Notes: generated by a model not told the origin, from the sequence alone. Positions 52,656-60,897 are shown, counted from the first letter of the stretch. The stretch is 64,000 nt of DNA from an uncultured Acidimicrobiaceae bacterium (GCA_964428815.1 CAYSAC010000002.1:5062-69061); one strand, 5' to 3'. Translations and numbers: made by a program.

Positions 52656-54560
52656 GTGCTGCGTCGGTCGCGCGCCTCTGAGCGCCCGAGACATCGATGG
52701 CTGCTCGCGCTGGTCGTGCTCGCGGCTGCGTTCGGCGGGCTGGTGGCGCTCGGAGCGTTGCGCGTCGCGCGGATCGCGTCGCATCTCCGCGTTGCGCAAG
52801 ATGACATCGAGGCGGCGTCGTCGGCCCTTGAGGCCGGTGAGCTGCGGCAGTCGCGCGAGCACCTCGACGCTGCATTGGCGACCCTCACCGTCGCCAACGG
52901 CGAGCTGCACAACTCGGTCGAGCTCCAGCTCGTGAGCGGCCTGCCAGTCGTGTCACAGAACATCGACTCGGTGCAGGACAGCGTCAGGCTCAGCATGTCG
53001 CTGGTGACGGGCGGCCGTGAGGTCATCCTTGCTGCCGCACAGCTCGAAGGCGCCGACGGCAAGCTGGAAGTCCCGCTCGCGAGCGGCGCGCTGCCGCTCG
53101 CCGCCGTCGTGGGCACCCAGCGCGAGCTCGCCTTGCTCGGAGCGCTCCTCCCGGGCCCGAGCGAGAAGCCTGGAGGCAAGCTCCTCGTCGGACCGGTGCG
53201 CGAGCTGCGCGACCGCATCTACAACACGGTCGCGTCACGCCGCGAGCAGGTCGACTCCCTGTCGAGGGCGCTGCGCGTCGTGGGGGATCTGGCAGGTGCC
53301 GAGGGTCCCCGTCGCTACCTGATAGCGGTGGCGAACACCGCCGAGATGCGTGGGACCGGCGGGATGATCCTCAGCTACGGCGAGCTGCTGTCCAAGGACG
53401 GTGACTTCGAGCTCGGCGCCTTCGGGCGAATCGATGAGCTTCAGCTCGACGCCCCATTGCCGCCAGAGTCGGTGTCCTTGCCTGAGGACTATCTCCGGCG
53501 GTGGTCAGGTTTCGATGTCACGCTCCGGTGGCGCAACGCGACGATGGCGGCGGATCTCCCTCTGATCGCACCGAACCTGCTCGAGATGTACCAGGCGGCG
53601 ACCGGGGTTCCTGCGGATGGCGTGATCCAGATCGATCCGCACGGCTTGGCGGCAGTGCTCGAGGGGATCGGCCCGGTCCAGGTCCCAGGACTCGGACAGG
53701 TGACCGCGGAGACCGTCGTCCCCTTCACGCTGAACGAGGCCTATGTCAGGTTCCCGGGTATCGACGAGCGCAGTGATGTTCTCGGCGACATCGCCGAAGC
53801 CGTGTTCACAAAGCTCGTCGAGGGCCGGTACCCGAGCCTGAGGCCCCTGGGAGAAGCCCTCGTCAAGACGGCACGGAGCGGCCACATCCTGGCCTTCGCC
53901 AGCAACGGCGGGACCCAAGGCGACTTCCGCTGGTTCGGCGTCGATGGCGGGCTCCCCCAGACCTCGGCGCTCTTCCACCTGACCGCCCAGAACCTGTCGG
54001 GGAACAAGCTGGACTACTTCGTCGAGCCCGCCCTCGCGCTGCGGGGATCGCTGCTCCCTGGTGCGATCGGCACCCTCACCGCAGAGATCACCTTGCACAA
54101 CGACGCCCCTGTTGGCCAGGACGAGCCCGCGTACATCTTCGGCCCGTTCTCAGCGAACGTTGGTCGGCAGGTCGCAGGCCAGTACCGAAGCGTCGTGAGC
54201 CTGTACGTGCCGAGCGGTACGGATCTCGCAGGCTTCTCTGGTGAGGTCGTCTCCGAACCGGTGGTGCTCACGGAGGGGGGTCGCACGGTCGTCAGCTACA
54301 CCGTCGACGTCTTCGCAGGAACGGCACCCGCCGTCAGCCTGTTCCTCACCATGGCACCCCGTCCGGCTGGACCGTTCGACGTGTACCTCTCGCCCTCGCC
54401 CCGCGTTCACCCGACGGCGGTCACCGTCGACCTCGACATCGGTGAGGGGAGGGTCGAGGGCGATGTCCTACTCGACCGGACCTGGAGGTTCGCGGCGGGC
54501 GAACGGCCCGCAGCCATCAGGCCACGTGACGTCCCTCGGGACCTCGACGGCGAGCGCTGA
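52656..54560 (+). CDS. DUF4012-like membrane-anchored protein
   Basis: N-terminal TM WLLALVVLAAAFGGLVALGAL, a helical region, then PRRYLIAVANTAEMRGTGGMILSYGEL. From memory this is the hallmark of DUF4012 proteins found in actinobacterial envelope-glycan loci. Confidence 0.7.
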   Translation: MLRRSRASERPRHRWLLALVVLAAAFGGLVALGALRVARIASHLRVAQDDIEAASSALEAGELRQSREHLDAALATLTVANGELHNSVELQLVSGLPVVSQNIDSVQDSVRLSMSLVTGGREVILAAAQLEGADGKLEVPLASGALPLAAVVGTQRELALLGALLPGPSEKPGGKLLVGPVRELRDRIYNTVASRREQVDSLSRALRVVGDLAGAEGPRRYLIAVANTAEMRGTGGMILSYGELLSKDGDFELGAFGRIDELQLDAPLPPESVSLPEDYLRRWSGFDVTLRWRNATMAADLPLIAPNLLEMYQAATGVPADGVIQIDPHGLAAVLEGIGPVQVPGLGQVTAETVVPFTLNEAYVRFPGIDERSDVLGDIAEAVFTKLVEGRYPSLRPLGEALVKTARSGHILAFASNGGTQGDFRWFGVDGGLPQTSALFHLTAQNLSGNKLDYFVEPALALRGSLLPGAIGTLTAEITLHNDAPVGQDEPAYIFGPFSANVGRQVAGQYRSVVSLYVPSGTDLAGFSGEVVSEPVVLTEGGRTVVSYTVDVFAGTAPAVSLFLTMAPRPAGPFDVYLSPSPRVHPTAVTVDLDIGEGRVEGDVLLDRTWRFAAGERPAAIRPRDVPRDLDGER

Positions 54561-54669
54561 ACCTGCTGCGAGCAGGAGGTTCGCCCCATCTGGTCGAACC
54601 TCAAGTCGAGACCCGGCGCTGACGATGACACGTATCGTCGGCCGATTGAACCCGACGCAGGCAGGACCG

Positions 54670-55278
54670 ATGGGTACCAACCGGACAGCTACCAGGGCGT
54701 TCGTCCTCACCTTCGCGGTCTGCGCCCTGATGCTCTCGATCGCTCCTGTCGCATCGGCCGGACAGGCGCCCCCCTACGGCTCGACGACGACGACGGCCGG
54801 CGAGAGCTTCAACACCGCGTGCGAGCTGAGCCCGCAGAGCGGCACGCCTGGCACGCAGGTCACCGCAACCGTGACCGGCGCCGCCGTCGGTGATCAGATC
54901 CGCATCCTCTTCAACGGTCGAGAGGTCGGCCGCGGCGCGGCCGAACGCGGCTCCGGCTCGAGCGGCACGGCCGTCATCCCGTTCACCGTTCCGGCGACCG
55001 AGGACGCCACCTACACCATTGTCGCCGTCGGCGCGACCTTCACTGAGCCCTGCGGGAGCGAGACCGGCGGGTTCCTTGTCGAGGGTGCGACTGTGGAGCG
55101 AGGCTCAGGCTCCGGGCGCGGACTGCTGCCCCGGACGGGCATCGAGCTTGCGCTCTGGTTGGCCCTCGCAGTGGCGCTGCTGCTCGCCGGCCGGGTCATC
55201 GCCGGTGCCGCGAAGGAGCGGCGCCGTCGGGCTCACCGGTCCGCACTGAGCCGCAACCGGTCCCGCACCACCGTCTGA
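54670..55278 (+). CDS. LPXTG-type sortase-anchored surface protein
   Basis: Signal peptide MGTNRTATRAFVLTFAVCALMLSIAPVASA. C-terminal LPRTG (55126-55140), hydrophobic helix IELALWLALAVALLLAG and basic tail KERRRRAHR. An ATG at 54625 is an alternative start. Confidence 0.7.
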   Translation: MGTNRTATRAFVLTFAVCALMLSIAPVASAGQAPPYGSTTTTAGESFNTACELSPQSGTPGTQVTATVTGAAVGDQIRILFNGREVGRGAAERGSGSSGTAVIPFTVPATEDATYTIVAVGATFTEPCGSETGGFLVEGATVERGSGSGRGLLPRTGIELALWLALAVALLLAGRVIAGAAKERRRRAHRSALSRNRSRTTV

Positions 55279-55283
55279 CGCTC

Positions 55284-55308
55284 GCCCGACCGCGAACGTC
55301 GGTCGGGC
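55284..55308 (+). terminator. Stem-loop after the LPXTG gene (possible intrinsic terminator, no U-tract)
   Basis: GCCCGACCG (55284-55292) pairs perfectly with CGGTCGGGC (55300-55308) across a 7-nt loop, 6 nt after the TGA. Confidence 0.4.
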
Positions 55309-55333
55309 ACCCACCGGCTGGCAAGATGGTGAG

Positions 55334-56824
55334 GTGATCGACGACGACCACCTCAAGGAGGCGTGCGGCGTCTTCGGCGTCTACGCCCCGGGTCAGCTGG
55401 TCGCCCACCTCACCTACCTCGGCCTCTTCGCCCTCCAGCACCGCGGCCAGGAGGCTGCCGGCATCGCGGTGAGCGACGGGGCAGCGATCATCGTCGACAA
55501 GGACCAAGGCCTCGTCGCCAGCGTCTTCAACGACCGCAAGCTCGCGGGACTCCAAGGCCACCTCGCCGTGGGCCACTGCCGGTACTCGACGACTGGCTCG
55601 AGCACATGGCGCAACGCGCAGCCCGCCTACCGTGGCGTGGGCGAGCGGCACTTCGCGCTCGGCCACAACGGCAACCTCACCAACACCGAGGCACTCGCGG
55701 CCGAAGCCGGCATGCTGCCCGGCACCGTCACCAGCGACACCGACCTCATCGCCGAGCTGCTCGGGGTGGAGCTGCTGAGGGCTGATGAGGAGCGCAGCGA
55801 CGAGCGCGACCTCGAGCGCGCCCTGCACAACGTCCTGCCCCGCCTCCGGGGCGCGTTCTCGCTCGTGCTGATGGACGAGAGCCACGTCGTCGGCGTCCGC
55901 GACCCCAACGGGTTCCGGCCGCTCTGCCTCGGCCGCCTCGACCACGGTTGGGTGCTGGCCTCGGAGACACCCGCACTCGACATCGTCGGCGCGCACTTTG
56001 TCCGGGAGCTCGACCCTGGCGAGATGGTCGTGATCGATGCCACCGGTGTCCGGTCCTCGCGGCCTTTCGAGGAGTCGACGGTCGACCCGCGCCTCTGCCT
56101 GTTCGAGTTCGTCTACTTCGCCCGCCCCGACAGCCGGCTCTACGGTCGCAGCGTCCACCAGGCGCGCATCCAGATGGGCGAGCAGCTGGCCGAGCAGGCA
56201 CCCGTCGAGGCGGACATGGTGATGGGCGTCCCCGAATCCGGCGTGCCCGCGGCAGAGGGGTTCGCCAAGCGCAGTGGCATCCCGTTCGGCCAGGGGGTGG
56301 TGAAGAACCGCTACATCGGCCGCACCTTCATCGCACCCACCCAGGAGCTGCGGGCCGAGGCCGTTCGCATGAAGCTGAACCCGCTGAAGGAGAACGTCGC
56401 GGGCAAGCGACTCGTCGTCATCGACGACTCGATCGTGCGGGGCACGACGCAGAAGCAGCTCGTGAAGATGCTGCGCGAAGCCGGCGCCCGCGAGGTCCAC
56501 CTCCGCATCACCTCACCGCCGGTGAAGTGGTCGTGCTTCTACGGCATCGACACCGGCGATCGCGGCGAGCTGCTGGCCGCCAACCTCACCGTCGATGAGA
56601 TCCGCGACTACCTCAACGTCGACACGCTCGCGTACATCCACCTCGACCGACTCGTCGACGCGACCGGAGCGGTCGGGGCCGGCTTCTGCGACGCGTGCTT
56701 CACCGGCGACTACCCCGTCGACGTGCCGGTCTCCTTGCGCAAGGGCGTGCTCGAGAACAACGAGATGCCGCTCGAGACGACCATGCCGGCCGCGGCGATG
56801 ACGCTCCTCGAAGGCGAGGGCTGA
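55334..56824 (+). CDS. purF: Amidophosphoribosyltransferase
   Basis: N-terminal nucleophile EACGVFGVYAP, PRPP loop RLVVIDDSIVRGTT, 4Fe-4S Cys ligands (WSCFYGID, FCDACFTGDYP). Confidence 0.95.
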   Translation: MIDDDHLKEACGVFGVYAPGQLVAHLTYLGLFALQHRGQEAAGIAVSDGAAIIVDKDQGLVASVFNDRKLAGLQGHLAVGHCRYSTTGSSTWRNAQPAYRGVGERHFALGHNGNLTNTEALAAEAGMLPGTVTSDTDLIAELLGVELLRADEERSDERDLERALHNVLPRLRGAFSLVLMDESHVVGVRDPNGFRPLCLGRLDHGWVLASETPALDIVGAHFVRELDPGEMVVIDATGVRSSRPFEESTVDPRLCLFEFVYFARPDSRLYGRSVHQARIQMGEQLAEQAPVEADMVMGVPESGVPAAEGFAKRSGIPFGQGVVKNRYIGRTFIAPTQELRAEAVRMKLNPLKENVAGKRLVVIDDSIVRGTTQKQLVKMLREAGAREVHLRITSPPVKWSCFYGIDTGDRGELLAANLTVDEIRDYLNVDTLAYIHLDRLVDATGAVGAGFCDACFTGDYPVDVPVSLRKGVLENNEMPLETTMPAAAMTLLEGEG

Positions 56825-56825
56825 C

Positions 56826-57860
56826 GTGGGCGCGAGCTATGAGGCCGCCGGCGTGAGCATCGCCGCTGGCGAGGAGGCGGTCGAGCGCATCAAGGAGAAG
56901 GTCCGGTCGACGTTCCGGCCCGAGGTCATCGGCGACATCGGCGGCTTCGGCGGGCTCTTCGCGTTCGCCAACCACCGCTTCCGTCACCCCGTGCTGGTGT
57001 CCTCCACCGATGGCGTCGGCACCAAGGCGCTCGTCGCCCAGGCCGCCGGTCGCTTCGACACGATCGGCATCGACCTCGTCGCGATGTGCGTCGACGACAT
57101 CGTCTGCCAGGGCGCCGAGCCGCTGTTCTTCCTGGACTACATCGCGGTCGGCAAGCTCGTCCCCGACCACATCGAGCAGCTTGTGGAGGGCGTGGCCAAC
57201 GGTTGTCGGCAGGCGGGCTGCGCGCTGATCGGCGGCGAGATGGCCGAGCACCCCGGCGCGATGGAGCCGGGCGAGTTCGACCTCGTTGGCTTCGCGGTCG
57301 GTGTAGCCGAGCGTGATCAGCTGATCACCGGCGCCGACGTCGCGCCCGGTGATGCGCTGATCGGCCTGCCCTCACCCGGTCTCCGCTCCAACGGCTACTC
57401 CCTCGCGCGCCACGTGCTGCTCGAGGTCGGGGGCCGCTCCCTCGACGACCCCGCCTACCCCGGCGCCCATCACACGCTCGCTGACGAGCTGCTCGAGCCG
57501 TCGGTGATCTACGCCCCCGCGATCGCGGCGCTGCTGCGGGTTGTCGACGTGCGCGCCATCGCCCACATCACCGGCGGTGGCATCGTCGGCAACCTCGTGC
57601 GGGTGCTGCCGGAGGGGGCCGATGCCGAGGTCGATCGCCGATCGTGGGAGGTGCCGCGCATCTTCACCGAGATCCAGCGACTCGGCGAGGTCGCCGACGA
57701 GGAGATGCTGAAGGTTTTCAACCTAGGCATCGGCATGGTCGTCGTCGTCCCGAGCGACGACGTGCACGCTACCCTCGACCTGCTGCGGAGCCAGGGCCAT
57801 CGGGGCGCCGCGCAGATCGGCACCGTCGTGCCCGGTCACGGCCGGGTCGTGGTGTCGTAG
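56826..57860 (+). CDS. purM: Phosphoribosylformylglycinamidine cyclo-ligase (AIR synthetase)
   Basis: SYEAAGVSI, SSTDGVGTKALVA, ALIGGEMAEHPG, HITGGG. The GTG start lies 1 nt after the purF stop. Confidence 0.95.
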   Translation: MGASYEAAGVSIAAGEEAVERIKEKVRSTFRPEVIGDIGGFGGLFAFANHRFRHPVLVSSTDGVGTKALVAQAAGRFDTIGIDLVAMCVDDIVCQGAEPLFFLDYIAVGKLVPDHIEQLVEGVANGCRQAGCALIGGEMAEHPGAMEPGEFDLVGFAVGVAERDQLITGADVAPGDALIGLPSPGLRSNGYSLARHVLLEVGGRSLDDPAYPGAHHTLADELLEPSVIYAPAIAALLRVVDVRAIAHITGGGIVGNLVRVLPEGADAEVDRRSWEVPRIFTEIQRLGEVADEEMLKVFNLGIGMVVVVPSDDVHATLDLLRSQGHRGAAQIGTVVPGHGRVVVS

Positions 57861-57876
57861 TTGGGGGAGGGATGCG

Positions 57877-58287
57877 TTGAAGAGGGTGCTGGTCGTTGAC
57901 GACGATCCCGAGATCCGGCTCCTGCTGCAGATCTCGCTGGAGGGCTACGGCTTCGAGGTCATCACCGCCGCCGACGGCCAGGAGGGGCTCGCCCGCCTCG
58001 CCGCCGACGCGCCCGACGTCGTCCTCCTCGACGTGATGATGCCGGTGCTCGACGGGTGGGGCGTCCTCGACGCGCTCGACATCGCCACCGCGCCGCCCAT
58101 CATCGTGATCTCTGGCTGGTCCAACCACGACCGAGCGCCGCTCACCGTCGCGCTGGAGAAGGGCGCGGTGGACTTCGTCCCCAAGCCGTTCGACATGGAC
58201 GCGTTGCCCCGCGTGATCGGCCACGTCGCAAGCCTCTCCCGTGACGCGCTGGACGCGGAGCGCACCACCAGGCTGCAGTCGCTCTAG
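57877..58287 (+). CDS. Stand-alone response-regulator receiver (CheY-like) protein
   Basis: VLVVDDDPE, phospho-acceptor VVLLDVMMPVLDG, VISGW, VPKPF. TTG start with GGAGG 6 nt upstream. No output domain. Confidence 0.85.
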   Translation: MKRVLVVDDDPEIRLLLQISLEGYGFEVITAADGQEGLARLAADAPDVVLLDVMMPVLDGWGVLDALDIATAPPIIVISGWSNHDRAPLTVALEKGAVDFVPKPFDMDALPRVIGHVASLSRDALDAERTTRLQSL

Positions 58288-58296
58288 CGCGCTGCG

Positions 58297-58611
58297 CTAC
58301 TCGTTCCAGCCGATGCGGCACCACGTTCGCCGGCCGCACGTCGGGCACATCAGCCAGTGCGGGTGGGTGCGGCGGGTGGGTACGAACGCCGACAGCTTGA
58401 GCATGCGCACGCCGAGGTCGCCGAGCGAGATCCGCGATCGCGCCCGGCAGGACGAGCAGTCGATGAGCACCGTGCCGGTGCGGGGTGGCCCGGTGGAGAA
58501 CAGCGCGCTCTTGCCGTCTCGCGTGCGGCCGGGGACGAGCGCATCGGGGGCGGCGGCGACCGGGGCCTCGAACAGCGCGCGCTTGCCAGTGGGGTCGAGG
58601 CCGCTGGTCAC
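58297..58611 (-). CDS. Small (104-aa) zinc-ribbon-like protein, translationally coupled to the ParA-like gene
   Basis: Last 104 codons of the 370-aa track ORF. The GTG at 58611 overlaps the ParA TGA (GTGA). Very high GC3. Two CxxC pairs: DCSSCRAR ... MCPTCGRR. Confidence 0.55.
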   Translation of the reverse strand: MTSGLDPTGKRALFEAPVAAAPDALVPGRTRDGKSALFSTGPPRTGTVLIDCSSCRARSRISLGDLGVRMLKLSAFVPTRRTHPHWLMCPTCGRRTWCRIGWNE

Positions 58612-59357
58612 GCGACCAACGCCGCCGCGAGCTCGCGGTACGCGGCCGCTGCCTTCGATCGGGTCGCGTGGTCGAGGACGGAGCAGCCGACGGCAGGTGC
58701 TTCGGCGACCTTGACCGACTTCGGCACTGGCGGCTCGAGCACCTCCAGCCCGTACTGCTCGCGCACATCGCCCATCACCTGATGGGCAAGGCGGGTCCGG
58801 CCGTCGAACATGGTCGCGACGACACCCCGCACGCGCAGGTCGGGGTTGGTGTAGCTGCGCACGTCCTCGATCGTCTCGAGGAGCTGGCCGACGCCGCGGT
58901 GGCTGAGCGTCTCGCATTGCAACGGGATGAGCACCTCCTGGGCGGCGGTGAGGCCGTTGATGGTGAGGATGCCCAGCGATGGCGGGCAGTCGATGAAGAC
59001 GATGTCGTAGGAGGGCAGCACGTCGTGCAACGCGCGTCCCAAGACGTACTCGCGGCCGGTCTTGGTCAGCAGGTGCATCTCCGCACCGGCCAGGTCGATC
59101 GTCGACGGGACCAGGTGGAGGTCGCCCAGCTTGAGGAGCACCTCCTCGATCGGCGTGCGCCGGACGAGGACGTCGTGCAGCGACCGGTCGAGCTGGTCGG
59201 GTGCCGCGCCCAGCGAGTAGGTGAGGCACGCCTGCGGGTCGAGGTCGACGAGCAGCACGCGCTGGCCTCGTTCGGCCAGGGCAGCACCCAGCGCGTGGAC
59301 GGTGGTGGTCTTCGCCACCCCGCCCTTCTGGTTGGCGACAGCGACCACACGGGTCAT
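58608..59357 (-). CDS. ParA/Soj-family ATPase
   Basis: Track ORF trimmed to the ATG at 59357 (MTRVVAVANQKGGVAKTTTVHALGAAL, deviant Walker A). LLVDLDPQ, IVFIDCPPSLG. Confidence 0.9.
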   Translation of the reverse strand: MTRVVAVANQKGGVAKTTTVHALGAALAERGQRVLLVDLDPQACLTYSLGAAPDQLDRSLHDVLVRRTPIEEVLLKLGDLHLVPSTIDLAGAEMHLLTKTGREYVLGRALHDVLPSYDIVFIDCPPSLGILTINGLTAAQEVLIPLQCETLSHRGVGQLLETIEDVRSYTNPDLRVRGVVATMFDGRTRLAHQVMGDVREQYGLEVLEPPVPKSVKVAEAPAVGCSVLDHATRSKAAAAYRELAAALVA

Positions 59358-59429
59358 GGCGCCAGAGTGTACGCACCGGGCGGAGGACCGCCAGACGCCG
59401 GTCCGGCACACCTCTGACCAGGGGCTAGG

Positions 59430-59918
59430 TTGCCATCGATGGCGGAGGTCCGGCGGCGCGGCGGGTTGGCCTGCGCGGCCGTGGCGCTCATCGCGGTCCT
59501 CGCCGCCTGGATCCTCGGGTGGATCTCGCCCCCTGAGCTCACCGCCGCCGACGCGCGCCAGTTCACGGAGCGGGCGCTCGAGGGGATCGGGCTCGACGCC
59601 ATCCGCGTCGAGCCCGACGTGCGATCGGGCACCTACACGATCCGAGGCACCGAGACCGAGCTGGATGTTTGGGAGACCTCGGCGCTCGTGAGCGGGGGAC
59701 AGGTCGAGCTCAAGGTCGATCGCGAGATCGGCGAGGCGGTCTTCGTCGACGACGTCAACGCCGAGGGCGACGACCGGCTGCTCTCCGACGACCAGTTCCG
59801 CGAGCTCGGCGACTTCCGAACCGATCCCGCACGCGAGCGTCGCTTGCTGCGCAACATCGCCGGTACCGTCGCCGGCATCCTGACCGCGGCTGCCGCCGTC
59901 CTCGTCTCAAGGAGCTGA
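59430..59918 (+). CDS. Hypothetical membrane protein (N- and C-terminal TM helices)
   Basis: LACAAVALIAVLAAWILGWI and IAGTVAGILTAAAAVLV flank an acidic soluble region. GC3 bias. An ATG at 59439 is an alternative start. Confidence 0.5.
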   Translation: MPSMAEVRRRGGLACAAVALIAVLAAWILGWISPPELTAADARQFTERALEGIGLDAIRVEPDVRSGTYTIRGTETELDVWETSALVSGGQVELKVDREIGEAVFVDDVNAEGDDRLLSDDQFRELGDFRTDPARERRLLRNIAGTVAGILTAAAAVLVSRS

Positions 59919-59919
59919 C

Positions 59920-60456
59920 GTGACCCTCGTCGAGCACCTCCTCGCCCACAGCGTCCGCACCGGCGACTTCACGTTGAAGTCCGGCAAGCACAGCACGTGG
60001 TTCATCGACGCGAAGCAGACGACGTGCCGGCCCGACGGGATGCTCCTCGTCGCCGACGCCGCACTCGAAGTCATCCCCGCCGACGTGACCGCGATCGGGG
60101 GTCTGACGATGGGCGCAGACGCCGTCGCGTTCGGTATCGCGGCCATCGCCGCGACGCGTGGGCGCAACCTCCGCTGCTTCAGCGTCCGCAAAGAGGTGAA
60201 GGACCACGGGGGCGGTGGTCGCATCGCCGGAGCGCTTCAGCCCGGCGACCGCGTCGTCATCACCGAGGACGCTGTCACGCGCGGCGTCTCGATGCTCGAG
60301 GCCGCGGATGCCGTCCGCGAGGCCGGGGCCGAACCGGTCCTGCTGCTGCCCGTCGTCGACCGGGGTGGCACGGTGACCGCCATGGCCGCTGAGCACGGGC
60401 TCGAGGTCCGCGCCCTCGTCACCGCCGAGGACCTCGGCTTCCCCTACGAGGGCTAA
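59920..60456 (+). CDS. pyrE: Orotate phosphoribosyltransferase
   Basis: FTLKSGKHSTWFIDAK, PRPP motif RVVITEDAVTRGVS, LLLPVVDRGG. Confidence 0.9.
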   Translation: MTLVEHLLAHSVRTGDFTLKSGKHSTWFIDAKQTTCRPDGMLLVADAALEVIPADVTAIGGLTMGADAVAFGIAAIAATRGRNLRCFSVRKEVKDHGGGGRIAGALQPGDRVVITEDAVTRGVSMLEAADAVREAGAEPVLLLPVVDRGGTVTAMAAEHGLEVRALVTAEDLGFPYEG

Positions 60457-60464
60457 CCCATCGC

Positions 60465-60513
60465 GTTCTTGCGGCAGTTCGTAAACAAGACCGTGACGAA
60501 CTGCCGCAAGAAC
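60465..60513. terminator. Perfect 18-bp inverted repeat (hairpin) between convergent units
   Basis: GTTCTTGCGGCAGTTCGT (60465-60482) and ACGAACTGCCGCAAGAAC (60496-60513) are exact reverse complements separated by a 13-nt loop, 9 nt after the pyrE TAA. No U-tract. Confidence 0.6.
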
Positions 60514-60897
60514 CTCGGGTCAGACCTCGAGCTCGACGTCTCGCTCGACTTGGTACCACCGGGCGAGAAGCCCGGTGCCGACGAGTCGGAAGCTCACCTC
60601 TGCTGATCACGAACCTCGACGGCGTGACGGCGAAGGTCGTCGGCACTGAGCCCGGGCTCGTCCGTTGCCAGCGGCGTCCAATGCTCCGGCGGCAGGGTGC
60701 GGCCGAGCTCTCGGGCCAAGAGCTTCTGGCGGAGCGAGTGAGTCGTGTGCTCGACGACTCGTAACGCGCGGTCGACGAGTCGAGCGGATCCCCGAAGCTC
60801 GCCGTGCGCCGGTGCAGCCATGACTTCAGTCTGCCAGCCCGCCGCCGCGCCAAGCGCGGCACCTTCGCTCCCGGTGCGCGAGTGTTGCTGAGCTCGC

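Noticed and set aside
55196-56500. 434-aa minus-strand ORF opposite purF
   Set aside because: purF on the plus strand is unambiguous, so this is a shadow ORF.
58297-59357. Toxin-antitoxin or defence-system reading of the ParA + small-protein pair
   Set aside because: The ATPase has the ParA/Soj deviant Walker A and ordinary length. I saw no nuclease, toxin-like or abortive-infection domain, and the neighbours are housekeeping genes.
58612-59409. Upstream 266 codons of the 370-aa ORF 58297..59409
   Set aside because: They overlap the ParA-like gene in another frame and are Arg/Pro-rich. Only the last 104 codons, after the ParA stop, are treated as coding.
60594-60821. Possible 75-aa ORF (MAAPAHGELRGSARLVDRAL...) between the E1 gene and the hairpin
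   Set aside because: No motif, a weak RBS and only moderate codon bias. I cannot support it as a gene. It is mentioned only because an E2 would be expected here.
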